NCBI GenBank assembly: GCA_964497515.1 | Contig: CAZCCV010000009.1 | Coordinates: 643-64,642, forward strand | DNA length: 64,000 nucleotides | Direction of reading: 5' to 3' | Origin: an uncultured bacterium | Lineage (GTDB): Bacteria > Armatimonadota > UBA5829 > DTLH01 | Shown: one piece after another, positions 27,871 to 37,628 of the stretch | Position numbering within the stretch: the first letter of the stretch is position 1 | How the letters are laid out: each line of letters opens with the position of its first letter | The notes under the pieces: model-generated | The model's database searches: none | What the model was told of the DNA's origin: nothing | What the model saw: the letters and a program-made list of their open reading frames with translations, nothing else | Program-made: the position numbers and the translations under genes

Positions 27871-30105
27871 ATGCTTACACAGAATGCGCTGACCGTACTT
27901 GAGAAGCGCTATTTGCGGAAGAGTGAAGATGGCAAGGTGGTGGAAAAGCCGAACGATCTGTTCAGTCGAGTAGCTACCTCGGTAGCAGAAGCCGAAAAAG
28001 CGTACGGCAAAACAGAGAAGGAAGTAAAGTCGATATCGCGCAGATTCTGCGATATGATATCGAACCTCGAATTCCTGCCGAACAGCCCGACTTTGATGAA
28101 CGCGGGGCGCGAGCTCGGACAGCTTTCGGCGTGCTTCGTGCTGCCCATCGGCGACTCAATGGAGAGCATCTTCGAGACAATAAAACACACTGCACTTATA
28201 CATAAAAGCGGCGGCGGCACAGGATTTGCGTTTTCACGACTCCGCCCTGCGAATGATGTCGTTGCATCGACAAACGGTGTCTCGAGTGGTCCAATAACGT
28301 TTATGGATGTGTTCAACTCTGCTACTGAAGCTATAAAGCAGGGTGGCACTCGCCGCGGCGCAAATATGGGTTGCCTCCGAATCGACCATCCTGATGTGCT
28401 GGATTTCATAACCTGCAAGAAGGACACGACGAAGCTTACTAACTTCAATATCTCCGTGCTTCTTACAGAAAAGTTTATGCAGGCTGTAGAGCAAGACAAA
28501 GACTACGACCTATTGAATCCGAGAACCGGCCAGGTAGTCAAGAGTCTTTCGGCGTCGAAAGTGTTCGATCTGATCGTCAATATGGCGTGGTCTAACGGAG
28601 AACCCGGAATTATCTTCATCGACCGGATCAATCGCGACAACCCTACACCATATATAGGCGAGATTGAATCGACAAACCCCTGCGGTGAACAACCACTGCT
28701 TCCATACGAGTCGTGTAATCTCGGTTCCATCAACCTTGCCAGGATGACCACCGTAGATGATGGACACGTAGTAATCGACTACGACCGCCTGCGACAGACA
28801 GTAAGAGACGGAGTGCGATTCCTCGACGATGTTATCGACATCAATCGCTATCCTATAGATGAAATAGCGGAAATGACTCGCGGCAATCGCAAGATCGGGT
28901 TGGGCATTATGGGATTTGCCGATCTGTTGATTCAGTTGGGCATCCCGTATGACAGCGAAGAAGGCATCCAGACGGCGGAGCAAGTGATGAGCTTCGTCTC
29001 TGAAGAGGCCAGACGGATGTCGGTTGAGCTTGCAGAGGAACGCGGAGTTTTCCCGAACTTCGAAGGAAGCATCTTCGATACTCGAGATGCAATGAAGGTC
29101 AGAAACGCGACAGTGACGACAATAGCACCAACAGGAACGTTGTCGATTATAGCTTCGTGTTCAAGTGGCATTGAGCCATTGTTCGCAGTGAGTTATGTGC
29201 GCAGGGTACTCGACGGCGCAGAGCTTATCGAAGTCAACCCGTATTTTGAGAAGATAGCTCGGGAGCGGGAGTTCTACAGCGACCGTCTGATGAAAGAGAT
29301 TGCAGAAAAGGGAAGTGTGCGCGGAATAGATGGAGTTCCGGCAGACGTGCAGAGGATTTTCGGCACAGCGCTCGATATAGCACCGGTATGGCACGTGCGC
29401 ATGCAGGCTGCGTTCCAGAGGTTTACAGATAACGCAGTCTCAAAGACGGTAAACTTCCCCGAAAGTGCAACACCTGAAGACGTTCGTGAAGTCTATATGC
29501 TGGCGTACAAAGAGGGCTGCAAGGGAGCCACCATCTATCGTTACGGAAGCAGAGACGCGCAGGTGTTGTCATTCACCAATTCAGCCTCCAATACAACAGG
29601 AACCGACTCGCCGCTAGCAGAGGTCAATCGCGCTCCGAGGCCGCGTCCGATGCGAACCTTTGGCTCGACGGAACGCATCAACACAGGTTGCGGCAATCTA
29701 TATGTGACAATCAATGAGGACGAGACCGGGCTTTGCGAAGTGTTCACCTCAATGGGCAAAGCTGGAGGATGTGCTGCCAGCCAGCTCGAAGCGATTGGAA
29801 GACTGATTTCCATTGCGCTGCGCACCGGCATAGCGCCGAGATCGTTGATTAAGCATCTGCGGGGTATCAGATGTCCATCGCCGGCTTGGGGTGCTGGCGG
29901 TTCGGTACTCTCCTGCGCAGATGCAATCGGTATTGCAATGGAGCGATATCTGAATTCGAAGGAAGTCGGAGAAGCTGGCGAAGGCATAAGCAAAATCGCA
30001 GATAAGCTCGACACCTTGATGGGAGCCTGTCCGGACTGCGGATGCGAAGTGGAGCACGAAAGCGGCTGCATAGTCTGCAGATTCTGTGGGTTCAGCAAAT
30101 GCTAA
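27871..30105 (+). CDS. nrdJ: adenosylcobalamin-dependent (class II) ribonucleotide reductase
   Basis: Conserved RNR barrel motifs (NPCGEQPL, catalytic Cys region). C-terminal Cys-rich tail CPDCGCEV...CIVCRFCGFSKC. Confidence 0.93.
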   Translation: MLTQNALTVLEKRYLRKSEDGKVVEKPNDLFSRVATSVAEAEKAYGKTEKEVKSISRRFCDMISNLEFLPNSPTLMNAGRELGQLSACFVLPIGDSMESIFETIKHTALIHKSGGGTGFAFSRLRPANDVVASTNGVSSGPITFMDVFNSATEAIKQGGTRRGANMGCLRIDHPDVLDFITCKKDTTKLTNFNISVLLTEKFMQAVEQDKDYDLLNPRTGQVVKSLSASKVFDLIVNMAWSNGEPGIIFIDRINRDNPTPYIGEIESTNPCGEQPLLPYESCNLGSINLARMTTVDDGHVVIDYDRLRQTVRDGVRFLDDVIDINRYPIDEIAEMTRGNRKIGLGIMGFADLLIQLGIPYDSEEGIQTAEQVMSFVSEEARRMSVELAEERGVFPNFEGSIFDTRDAMKVRNATVTTIAPTGTLSIIASCSSGIEPLFAVSYVRRVLDGAELIEVNPYFEKIAREREFYSDRLMKEIAEKGSVRGIDGVPADVQRIFGTALDIAPVWHVRMQAAFQRFTDNAVSKTVNFPESATPEDVREVYMLAYKEGCKGATIYRYGSRDAQVLSFTNSASNTTGTDSPLAEVNRAPRPRPMRTFGSTERINTGCGNLYVTINEDETGLCEVFTSMGKAGGCAASQLEAIGRLISIALRTGIAPRSLIKHLRGIRCPSPAWGAGGSVLSCADAIGIAMERYLNSKEVGEAGEGISKIADKLDTLMGACPDCGCEVEHESGCIVCRFCGFSKC

Positions 30106-30172
30106 AAGCTGATGGCTAGGCATGGCTCTGCTTGGGTATAACTCCTGTAAAAGTTGTTATCAAGGAGGAGCT

Positions 30173-30607
30173 ATGCCAACCAGATCAGCTCAGGCACAGT
30201 GGAAAGGCAACCTGAAACAGGGCGAGGGACAGATGAAGACCCAGAGCGGGGCGCTCGACGGAAAATTCGGATTTGGCTCGCGTTTCGAACAGTCACCGGG
30301 CACAAACCCAGAGGAATTGATTGCAGCAGCGCACGCAGGGTGCTTCAGTATGGCTCTTGCTGCAGGGCTTTCACAGGCTGGCCACGAACCGAAGTCGGTA
30401 AACACAACAGCGAAAGTGACTGTTGAGAACATCGAAGGGGGCTTCGCCATCACACGCAGCGCACTGCAAACACGTGTGGAATCGCCTGGTATGGATGACG
30501 CCACACTCCAGAAGTTTGCGCAGGAAGCAAAAGTGAACTGCCCGGTCTCCAAGGCGCTGAAGGGAGTGGAGATCACTCTCGTTGCAGAGCTTGCTGCACC
30601 TGCTTAG
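30173..30607 (+). CDS. osmC: OsmC family peroxiredoxin
   Basis: The two conserved Cys lie in AAAHAGCFSMALA and NCPVSKAL. Start set at ATG 30173, which follows a GGAGG Shine-Dalgarno. Confidence 0.88.
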   Translation: MPTRSAQAQWKGNLKQGEGQMKTQSGALDGKFGFGSRFEQSPGTNPEELIAAAHAGCFSMALAAGLSQAGHEPKSVNTTAKVTVENIEGGFAITRSALQTRVESPGMDDATLQKFAQEAKVNCPVSKALKGVEITLVAELAAPA

Positions 30608-30766
30608 CAATTGATAGACCGGCACTGAAGAATGGGCCGGAGCGTATGACCCGGCCCTGATTCTATTCATTCTGCAAGCAACAACCTTCCTAACAAAAGA
30701 AACCAACCGCGCATCGGAATCTGTGTATACTGTAACCAATGCTCTTTGGAAAAGAGAGGAGAGGTT

Positions 30767-32876
30767 ATGGACGTCAGAGGATTTTTCATCACCCTCGCAA
30801 TCTCATTGTTATGTGTCACTCTGTGGGCAAAGGATAACGCGACAGATCGGACATTCCTGTTAGAAGGTGTGCGTGAAATCGCAGCGCCCGGAGCCCCTGG
30901 ACCTCTGTGTATATCTGGAAAAGACGCTTTTGCAGTAGTCGCAGGCAAAACGGGCGATGTATTGGAACCGGTTGTCGCGGCCGCCAAAATTGGAAGCGGC
31001 AGAGTTGTGATCTTTGGGCACGACGGTTACTTCGGTGCAGAAACGCTGAAGACTGCAGACACAGGTCGGCTTATGGCAAACGCCGTGCGGTGGGCAGGTG
31101 ACAAATCGATACCCGCTGCAGCACGAATCGCAGTTCTTGACTCTCCCGAATTGTTGGCATTCCTGCAGCAAAAGGGCTTCGGTGCGCAATCTCTTAATAG
31201 GTTCAAATGGGCGGAGAATCTCAGTGATTACGACGTCCTTTGTCTATCTCCGTTCAACATGAATGACTCTGAGATTGCCTCGCTGCAGAGTTTCGTGCAG
31301 TCTGGCGGCGGACTAATTGTAAGCGGGCTCGGATGGGGCTGGCTTCAACTGAGTTCCGGCAAGACTCTGCAGAGCCTGCCCGGAAACCGACTGATTGAAC
31401 CCTTTGGTGTAATGTGGGCAGATGGTGTTCTGGAGCGTACATCAAAGAACGGTTATCTGGCAAATGCAGAGCATTTGGATTTGTGCAACGCTCATCGAGC
31501 ATTGCCGTTTGTGTTGGATTACACCGCAGAAACCGACGGCGTTTCGCCTGAACAACTTGCGCAGGCCGCATGGATTGTATCGCGAGCAGTGCTAACACTT
31601 CCCACATCCGACAAAGCAATCCTTCCGAAGCTGAACACTCTACTTGCAAAGCACGAAAGCGAACTCATCCCAACAAAAGAGAAGCCGCTCACTTCAAAGG
31701 AACCGCTGGCTAAACTACTGCTTGCAATGCAGCTAAACAGAATGATGAATACCCCTGCAAATGAAGTGATGGCACACCCTGCTGCAAGCGCCTTTCCTGG
31801 GAGCTGCCCAACTGATGAAAACAAAACGGAACGAAAGATTGCGGTAGATACATCCGTTCCGGACTGGCACAGCACCGGCATATATGCTGCCCCTGGTGAG
31901 CATTTGGAATTCCTTACGCCATCGACCGCAATTGGCAAAGGGATGCGAGTTCGGATTGGTTTATATAGAGGTACCGGAAAATTGCAACGTGGGAATCGTT
32001 GACATAGTCATCCGAGGTGGAACCGAGGCCGCTCATTATGTTCTCGGCAAGACCAGCCAAGCAGACTGGGAAAGAATCCGAACAAGCCCCGCCCCCTGGG
32101 CCGAATTGGAGACGGAGAAAATAATACTCACAGTTCCTTCGGACGTTGTGCAAGCGTTGGACGATCCGGAGGATCTGATGAAGTTCTGGGATCGGGTCTC
32201 AGACGCATGCGCTGAATTAGCTGGGTGGCCGCTCGACCGACCACGGGCGGAGCGCTACGTTACCGATATACAGATCAGCGTAGGGTATATGCATTCCGGG
32301 TATCCAATTATGACCTTCCTCGACGTTGCACCGGTGCTGGTTGATAAACCGCGTATTTTGGCGGATGGCCACGGCGGAGTGTGGGGATTCTTCCACGAGC
32401 TCGGCCACAATCACCAGTCGCCCGACTGGACGTTTGACGGAACAGTAGAGGTAACGGTGAATCTGTTTACTCTCTACGTTTACGACCAGGTTCACGGGAT
32501 AAAGGCCGAAAACCTGCGAGATTTTGATGCCGATGGCAGACGCAAACGTATCGAACCGTACCTAGCAGAAGGCGCACCCTTCGAAAAGTGGAAATCCGAT
32601 CCATTCCTTGCTCTGATTATGTACATCCAGTTGCAGGAAGTATTCGGATGGGATGCGTATAAACAGGTCTTTGCGGAGTATCGAGATCTTTCCCCATCCG
32701 AACGCCCAAGAACAGAAGAAGAGCGGCGTGACCAATGGATGGTTCGAATGTCGAGAACTGTCGGCAAGAACCTTGGTCCGTTCTTCCAGACTTGGGGCGT
32801 GCCAACTTCAAAGAATGCAAGGGATTCAATCTCTGACCTGCCAGATTGGATGCCGGAAGGGTTCCCTCAAAACTGA
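30767..32876 (+). pseudogene. secreted peptidase M60-like/TCAF-like protein, reading frame disrupted near 31953
   Basis: Two overlapping ORFs (30746..32002 and 31884..32876) together encode one architecture. That architecture is a signal peptide, an N-terminal domain, an M60-like N domain (WHSTGIYAAPGE..MRVRIG) and an M60 catalytic domain (GYMHSGYPIM, HELGHNHQ). The frame changes around cGGATTGGt. Confidence 0.65.
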
Positions 32877-32886
32877 CAGCCATTTG

Positions 32887-32913
32887 GAGGGCGACGGCGC
32901 TGCTGTCGCCCTC
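32887..32913. terminator. stem-loop between the convergent M60-like gene and prfC
   Basis: gagggcgac-9nt-gtcgccctc. Confidence 0.45.
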
Positions 32914-32922
32914 TATACTATC

Positions 32923-34557
32923 TTAGTGGCCACTTCTGGCCTTTGTCTGTGGTGCAACATCGGAAAAAGTGACGTCGGGATTCTTCTCGATAAGGCGAGA
33001 AAGCACATAGTCACTATCTGCGAGCACTACCAATTCGCCATCACAGTCCTCAACAAGGCGGCTTCCCATCGAGAGCGAGAGCTTATCCATACTCTCTTTG
33101 CTGCCTCTTAGCCAGCGAGCATACTTCATATCCATAGGCTCGAGAACTGTATCAACGGAGTACTCCCCCTTCAGGCGGTGCTGAATGACATCGAACTGAA
33201 GCCGACCAACCACCGCCACAATCGGTTCCCGCACGGCTCCTGAACCGGTGGGATAGAACACCTGCACAGCGCCTTCCTGCATAAGCTGTTCGAGACCGCC
33301 TGTGAATTTCTTTCGACTTGACGGATCCGGACATCGAAGCACAGCGAAATGTTCGGGAGCGAACCTAGGAATGCAGTCGAAGCTCACGGGGCCATTTGAA
33401 CTGACTGTATCGCCAATTGAGAAAGCTCCCGGGTTCACCAGTCCGAGAATATCCCCCGGATACGCTTCTTCCACGGTATCTCTATCTCGCGCGAAGAGCT
33501 TGTGTGGTCGCGAAAGCCGCATCTTTGTGCCAAGGCGTGAATGATGAACTTGCATATCTTTCTCGAAACGCCCCGAACATATTCTCAGAAACGCAACACT
33601 ATCACGGTGCTTCGGATCCATATTTGCCTGGATTTTGAAAACAAAGCCCGTAAAATGCGGGTAAGTCGGATCGATGGATTCATCGGCTGCCTCCCTGGGG
33701 CCGGGGTACGTACCGAATGCAAGGAAAGAGTCCAAGAACAGCTTTACGCCGAAGTTGTTCGCTGCACTTCCGAAGTAGATGGGCGTCAAGAGCCCTGCTG
33801 TGAACTGCTCTTCATCGAACTCCTCACCTGCCAGGTCAAGGAGTTCCATTTCTTCAAGAAACTGCTTGTGCGTTGTTGTATCGACAAGTGCTGCACACTC
33901 CGGAGAATCCGGCGCAGTTACAATCTCTGGAGCCTTGGTGGCTCCGTGGAAAGTACGCTCGAAGAGGTGCATTACTCCTTCGCGACGATCGTAGACGCCT
34001 TTGAATGTCTGTCCGTTTCCGAGTGGCCAATTCATTGCTATAGTTCGAATGCCGAACTCCTTTTCCACTTCGTCTAGAAGATCCAAGGGCTCACGGCTGG
34101 GTCGATCCATCTTGTTGATAAAAGTGAGTATCGGAATCCCACGCATTCGGCACACGGCGAAGAGCTTTCGGGTCTGCGGTTCAATGCCCTTCGCACCATC
34201 GATCAGCATAACGGCAGCATCTGCAGCAGTGAGTGTGCGGTATGTATCCTCGCTAAAATCCTGGTGGCCTGGAGTGTCGAGTAGATTCAATACATAACCT
34301 TCGCACTCGAATTGAAGCACAGTAGACGTTACAGAAATGCCGCGTTGTCGCTCCAGCTCCATCCAGTCTGATGTGGCGTGACGCTGATCTTTCTTTGCTC
34401 TTACGGAGCCTGCAAGGTCGACAGCTCCAGAGTAGAGCAGCAGCTTTTCGGTAAGAGTAGTCTTCCCCGCGTCCGGGTGAGAAATTATAGCAAATGTCCG
34501 ACGGCGACGTATCTCGGCGTTCAGCTCTGTTAACAATATATATGCTCCAATAATCAC
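32923..34557 (-). CDS. prfC: peptide chain release factor 3
   Basis: RRRTFAIISHPDAGKTTLTEKLL G1 motif, DTPGHQDF, and RF3-specific domains. An alternative start is TTG 34536, which has a GGAG Shine-Dalgarno. Confidence 0.95.
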   Translation of the reverse strand: MIIGAYILLTELNAEIRRRRTFAIISHPDAGKTTLTEKLLLYSGAVDLAGSVRAKKDQRHATSDWMELERQRGISVTSTVLQFECEGYVLNLLDTPGHQDFSEDTYRTLTAADAAVMLIDGAKGIEPQTRKLFAVCRMRGIPILTFINKMDRPSREPLDLLDEVEKEFGIRTIAMNWPLGNGQTFKGVYDRREGVMHLFERTFHGATKAPEIVTAPDSPECAALVDTTTHKQFLEEMELLDLAGEEFDEEQFTAGLLTPIYFGSAANNFGVKLFLDSFLAFGTYPGPREAADESIDPTYPHFTGFVFKIQANMDPKHRDSVAFLRICSGRFEKDMQVHHSRLGTKMRLSRPHKLFARDRDTVEEAYPGDILGLVNPGAFSIGDTVSSNGPVSFDCIPRFAPEHFAVLRCPDPSSRKKFTGGLEQLMQEGAVQVFYPTGSGAVREPIVAVVGRLQFDVIQHRLKGEYSVDTVLEPMDMKYARWLRGSKESMDKLSLSMGSRLVEDCDGELVVLADSDYVLSRLIEKNPDVTFSDVAPQTKARSGH

Positions 34558-34666
34558 AGAATTGCCTTCCCGAACCAGAGAGAAGGGAAGGGTGAACAGC
34601 CTATTTTATCACAAAAGCGCGAAGCCCGTTGATGAAAACACCTGTGGAAAAACTTCAAAACCGAGG

Positions 34667-34695
34667 TTGACACAGCGAAAAACCTGGTTTATACT
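34667..34695 (+). promoter_or_regulatory. near-consensus sigma70-type promoter
   Basis: TTGACA, a 17-nt spacer, then TATACT. It lies about 270 nt upstream of the PEP-CTERM gene start. Confidence 0.5.
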
Positions 34696-34970
34696 ACAGG
34701 CAGGCGAGCAAGATGGGTTGTTCTGTGTGGCTAATGACGGGAATAAACTGCCATAACACAACACAAAGTATTCTCCCGCATAGACCAAAAGCCACTCAGT
34801 AAACAAACACGCCATAGTCGCACTGTAGTACTTCGTTTTGGGACAACACATCAACTGAGACAGCCACACGTCAGTAGGTTTTGTCCTAAATCAGCATCCG
34901 AAGTGCCAAGCACTATTCGGAATTGACTGGCACAGTGCACTCAAAATGGAAGGAAGGAGAAACGAGATTG

Positions 34971-35738
34971 ATGAAAAGACTGTTTTTTGTACTGGCAGCA
35001 GCCATGCTGTTGGTCTCCGTTGGCGTTCAGGCGGACGTAGTAGAGGTAACCTACGTATTTACTGGCGCAGATCTGATTAACAACGTATTTGATGCAACCG
35101 CCCGCCACGGCGCGGATGGTTCTCTAAAGGTTTACGAAGGCATGCGCCAAATTGGCCCTGCCGAGGGAACCGCAGTTGGTGCCACATTCCTCAGCGGCAA
35201 CTACCTCACCAAGTTCAACCAGGCTTGGGACGAGGCCGTGGAGGAAGGACGAGTTCTTAGCCTTTTCCACCTGTCCGGAAACAATGGTTATGCTGGACAG
35301 TGGGGTGAAGACTACAAGCCGTTTGAGTGGGTTTCTGGAACAGCACCAGATGGTTGGGTGTTCTCGATAGAGCCGGATTCATCTCCGAACCCCGCTGCTC
35401 ATACGAGCATGATTCCTGTATGGCAGAACGAGACCGGTGGTCTGGTTCTCACAGACCCGAACCTGGCAGACGAGATATTCACCGTAACGGTTAAGTTTGA
35501 CACCGAAGATATGTGGTGGGGTAACCCGAACGACTATCTCTACGGCTGCAACACTGCGCCGAACTCCATTTACGGACTGACCATGTACTTCAATTCCTGG
35601 TTCAGCGAGCCTGGTGGAGATTACGAGAACCGATACGTTGGCAATATGTTTGCCGAGGCAGTACCAGAGCCAATGAGCCTTCTGGTTATAGCAACAGGAC
35701 TTGGTTCGCTTGTTGGCTATCGCAGATTCCGCAAGTAA
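34971..35738 (+). CDS. PEP-CTERM sorting domain-containing secreted protein
   Basis: Signal peptide MKRLFFVLAAAMLLVSVGVQA after a GGAAGGAG Shine-Dalgarno. The C-terminus is VPEPMSLLVIATGLGSLVGYRRFRK (PEP motif, TM helix, basic tail). Confidence 0.85.
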   Translation: MKRLFFVLAAAMLLVSVGVQADVVEVTYVFTGADLINNVFDATARHGADGSLKVYEGMRQIGPAEGTAVGATFLSGNYLTKFNQAWDEAVEEGRVLSLFHLSGNNGYAGQWGEDYKPFEWVSGTAPDGWVFSIEPDSSPNPAAHTSMIPVWQNETGGLVLTDPNLADEIFTVTVKFDTEDMWWGNPNDYLYGCNTAPNSIYGLTMYFNSWFSEPGGDYENRYVGNMFAEAVPEPMSLLVIATGLGSLVGYRRFRK

Positions 35739-35769
35739 GCTAGTACTATTGCTCGCTTAAGACAATCAG

Positions 35770-35800
35770 AAGCCACCTCTAACCAGAGGTGGCTTTTCTT
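35770..35800 (+). terminator. rho-independent terminator
   Basis: aagccacctct-aacc-agaggtggctt followed by TTCTT. Confidence 0.65.
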
Positions 35801-35902
35801 CAGTCTTTGCGTCCACAGTTTTCGTAGAAGTCAGCACCACATAGACTCTTTTGCAGGAGAACGGCTATGCTGTAGATAAGTGAACCCTGAAAGGAGTCTG
35901 TT

Positions 35903-37039
35903 ATGTACACACACATGAAAAGATCCACTCTACTGGTTTTGGCTCTGGTTGTTCTGGCAGCTTCCGCTTGGGCAGCACCGAACAACATTATATTGATGAT
36001 TGGTGATGGAATGGGTCTGGCGCACGTCGCCGCCGCCAGGATTGCCTCAAATGGTCCCGATGGCAGACTTGCCATAGATACGATGCCTGTCACCGGACTT
36101 GTCTGCACTCATTCTGCAAATGCAGTGGTCACCGACTCTGCTGCTTCGGGAACTGCCCTTGCATCCGGAACAAAAACCAACAATGGAATGCTGAGTATGA
36201 CTCCCGATGGCACTCGCGTGAAGACGATTTTGGAGGCAGCACGAGGCATTGCAAAGTCAACTGGGTTGGTAACAACCACCTCTATCTGCGATGCTACACC
36301 AGCGGCCTTCGCATCGCACGTTCTAAACAGAGGACAGCACCCCGAAATCGCCGGCCAACTGCTGGCATCGAGAGTCGATATACTTCTTGGGGGCGGCAGG
36401 AGTTCGTTCATCCCTAAGACTGAAGAGGGCAGCAACCGCAGCGATGAGCGCAACCTGATGACCGAGGCCAGTGCTCGAGGCTATGCAGTGGTCACGACAG
36501 CTGAAGAGTTTGCAGGCACCAAGAGCGACAAAATTCTAGGGCTTTTCGCCAAAGGAGCTCTCACCACACGAGAACCCGAGCCACCGCTATCTGACCTTGC
36601 AAAAAAAGCGATTGATGTTCTCTCTAAGAACAAAGATGGGTTCTTCCTGATGGTCGAAGGAGGCCAAATAGATATCTACGCGCACGGCAACGACGGCGAG
36701 GGAATGATCAGACAGCTTCTCGAGTTCGACAAGGCTGTAGCGCACGCCCTGGATTTCGCCAAGCGCGATGGGAATACTCTAGTTATTGTCACCGCCGACC
36801 ACGAGACCGGCGGCCTTACCCTTTTGGACGAAGAGGGAAAGATCAAGCATTCTTGGAGCACGCGGGGACACAGCGGCAGCCCTGTTCCGCTTTATGCCTT
36901 CGGACCAGGTTCTGAGCGTTTTTCTGGAATCCTAGACAACACCGATGTAAGCCGCGGGATGGCTAGTCTGTGGAGAGTGAGTATCGGCACGACCAAAACC
37001 TCCGCTATTCCCAGTCTCCTTGCAGCAACAATTCAGTAA
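35903..37039 (+). CDS. phoA: alkaline phosphatase (PhoA family), secreted
   Basis: Signal peptide. NIILMIGDGMG metal site. TDSAASGTALASG active-site Ser region. VTADHETGG. Confidence 0.88.
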   Translation: MYTHMKRSTLLVLALVVLAASAWAAPNNIILMIGDGMGLAHVAAARIASNGPDGRLAIDTMPVTGLVCTHSANAVVTDSAASGTALASGTKTNNGMLSMTPDGTRVKTILEAARGIAKSTGLVTTTSICDATPAAFASHVLNRGQHPEIAGQLLASRVDILLGGGRSSFIPKTEEGSNRSDERNLMTEASARGYAVVTTAEEFAGTKSDKILGLFAKGALTTREPEPPLSDLAKKAIDVLSKNKDGFFLMVEGGQIDIYAHGNDGEGMIRQLLEFDKAVAHALDFAKRDGNTLVIVTADHETGGLTLLDEEGKIKHSWSTRGHSGSPVPLYAFGPGSERFSGILDNTDVSRGMASLWRVSIGTTKTSAIPSLLAATIQ

Positions 37040-37115
37040 GACAGTAGCTGCCCAAATGCACAACAGGGCATAAGGCTGATTCCTCAGCCAGGTTAGTAAC
37101 GACTTGCAGAACACG

Positions 37116-37154
37116 GCAGGCCGATGGGATACATTCCCTCGGCCTGCTTGTTTT
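37116..37154 (+). terminator. rho-independent terminator
   Basis: gcaggccga-14nt-tcggcctgc followed by TTGTTTTGG. Confidence 0.65.
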
Positions 37155-37223
37155 GGCATTAATCCGGTCTTTGATTCTCAAAGCGCGCAGTGAAGGAACA
37201 ATTTCGAGATTGCACAAGTCATC

Positions 37224-37252
37224 TTGACAGGCACATCTTGATGATATATCAT
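37224..37252 (+). promoter_or_regulatory. candidate promoter of the AbrB-like/efflux operon, with the -10 inside a 12-bp palindrome
   Basis: TTGACA, a 17-nt spacer, then TATCAT. The perfect palindrome ATGATATATCAT spans 37241..37252. Confidence 0.5.
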
Positions 37253-37303
37253 TCAAATGGTTCTTATATGAAATGTATGATTTGCATGGAATCATAGAAA
37301 GAG

Positions 37304-37603
37304 GTGGTCGAAGTGAAATCGCAGGATGCACGCTCAATAGACGACAATTTCTTCGGTTCTGTCACCGTAGGTGAGCGTGGGCAAGTGGTAATACCCGCTG
37401 AAGCAAGGAAAATGCTGAGTATTCACGCAGGAGACAAGCTGCTTGTAATTGGTCATCCCTCTAGTTCGGGATTGGTTATGGCAAAGCTAGACTCAATGCG
37501 GGAATTCATCACCTCGCTTATGGAAGGGCTGAGGGAAGTGGAGGAGACCAGTCCCTCTGAAGCAGAGAATGCTGCAAGAAAGACCAAAGACGGTCAGAAC
37601 TAG
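37304..37603 (+). CDS. AbrB/MazE/SpoVT family DNA-binding protein
   Basis: Swapped-hairpin motif VTVGERGQVVIPAEARKMLSIHAGDKLLVIG. The start is GTG 37304 or GTG 37313, with a GAAAGAGGTGG Shine-Dalgarno. Confidence 0.8.
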   Translation: MVEVKSQDARSIDDNFFGSVTVGERGQVVIPAEARKMLSIHAGDKLLVIGHPSSSGLVMAKLDSMREFITSLMEGLREVEETSPSEAENAARKTKDGQN

Positions 37604-37628
37604 AAACCATCGAATATGGAGGCTGGAA

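Noticed and set aside
34927-34943. TGGCAC motif suggesting a sigma54 promoter for the PEP-CTERM gene
   Set aside because: The -12 element is missing. The sequence is TGGCAC-agtgc-actc, and no TTGC lies at the required spacing.
37304-37603. AbrB/MazE-fold gene as the antitoxin of a toxin-antitoxin pair
   Set aside because: No toxin-like ORF follows; the next gene is TolC. A regulator role fits better.
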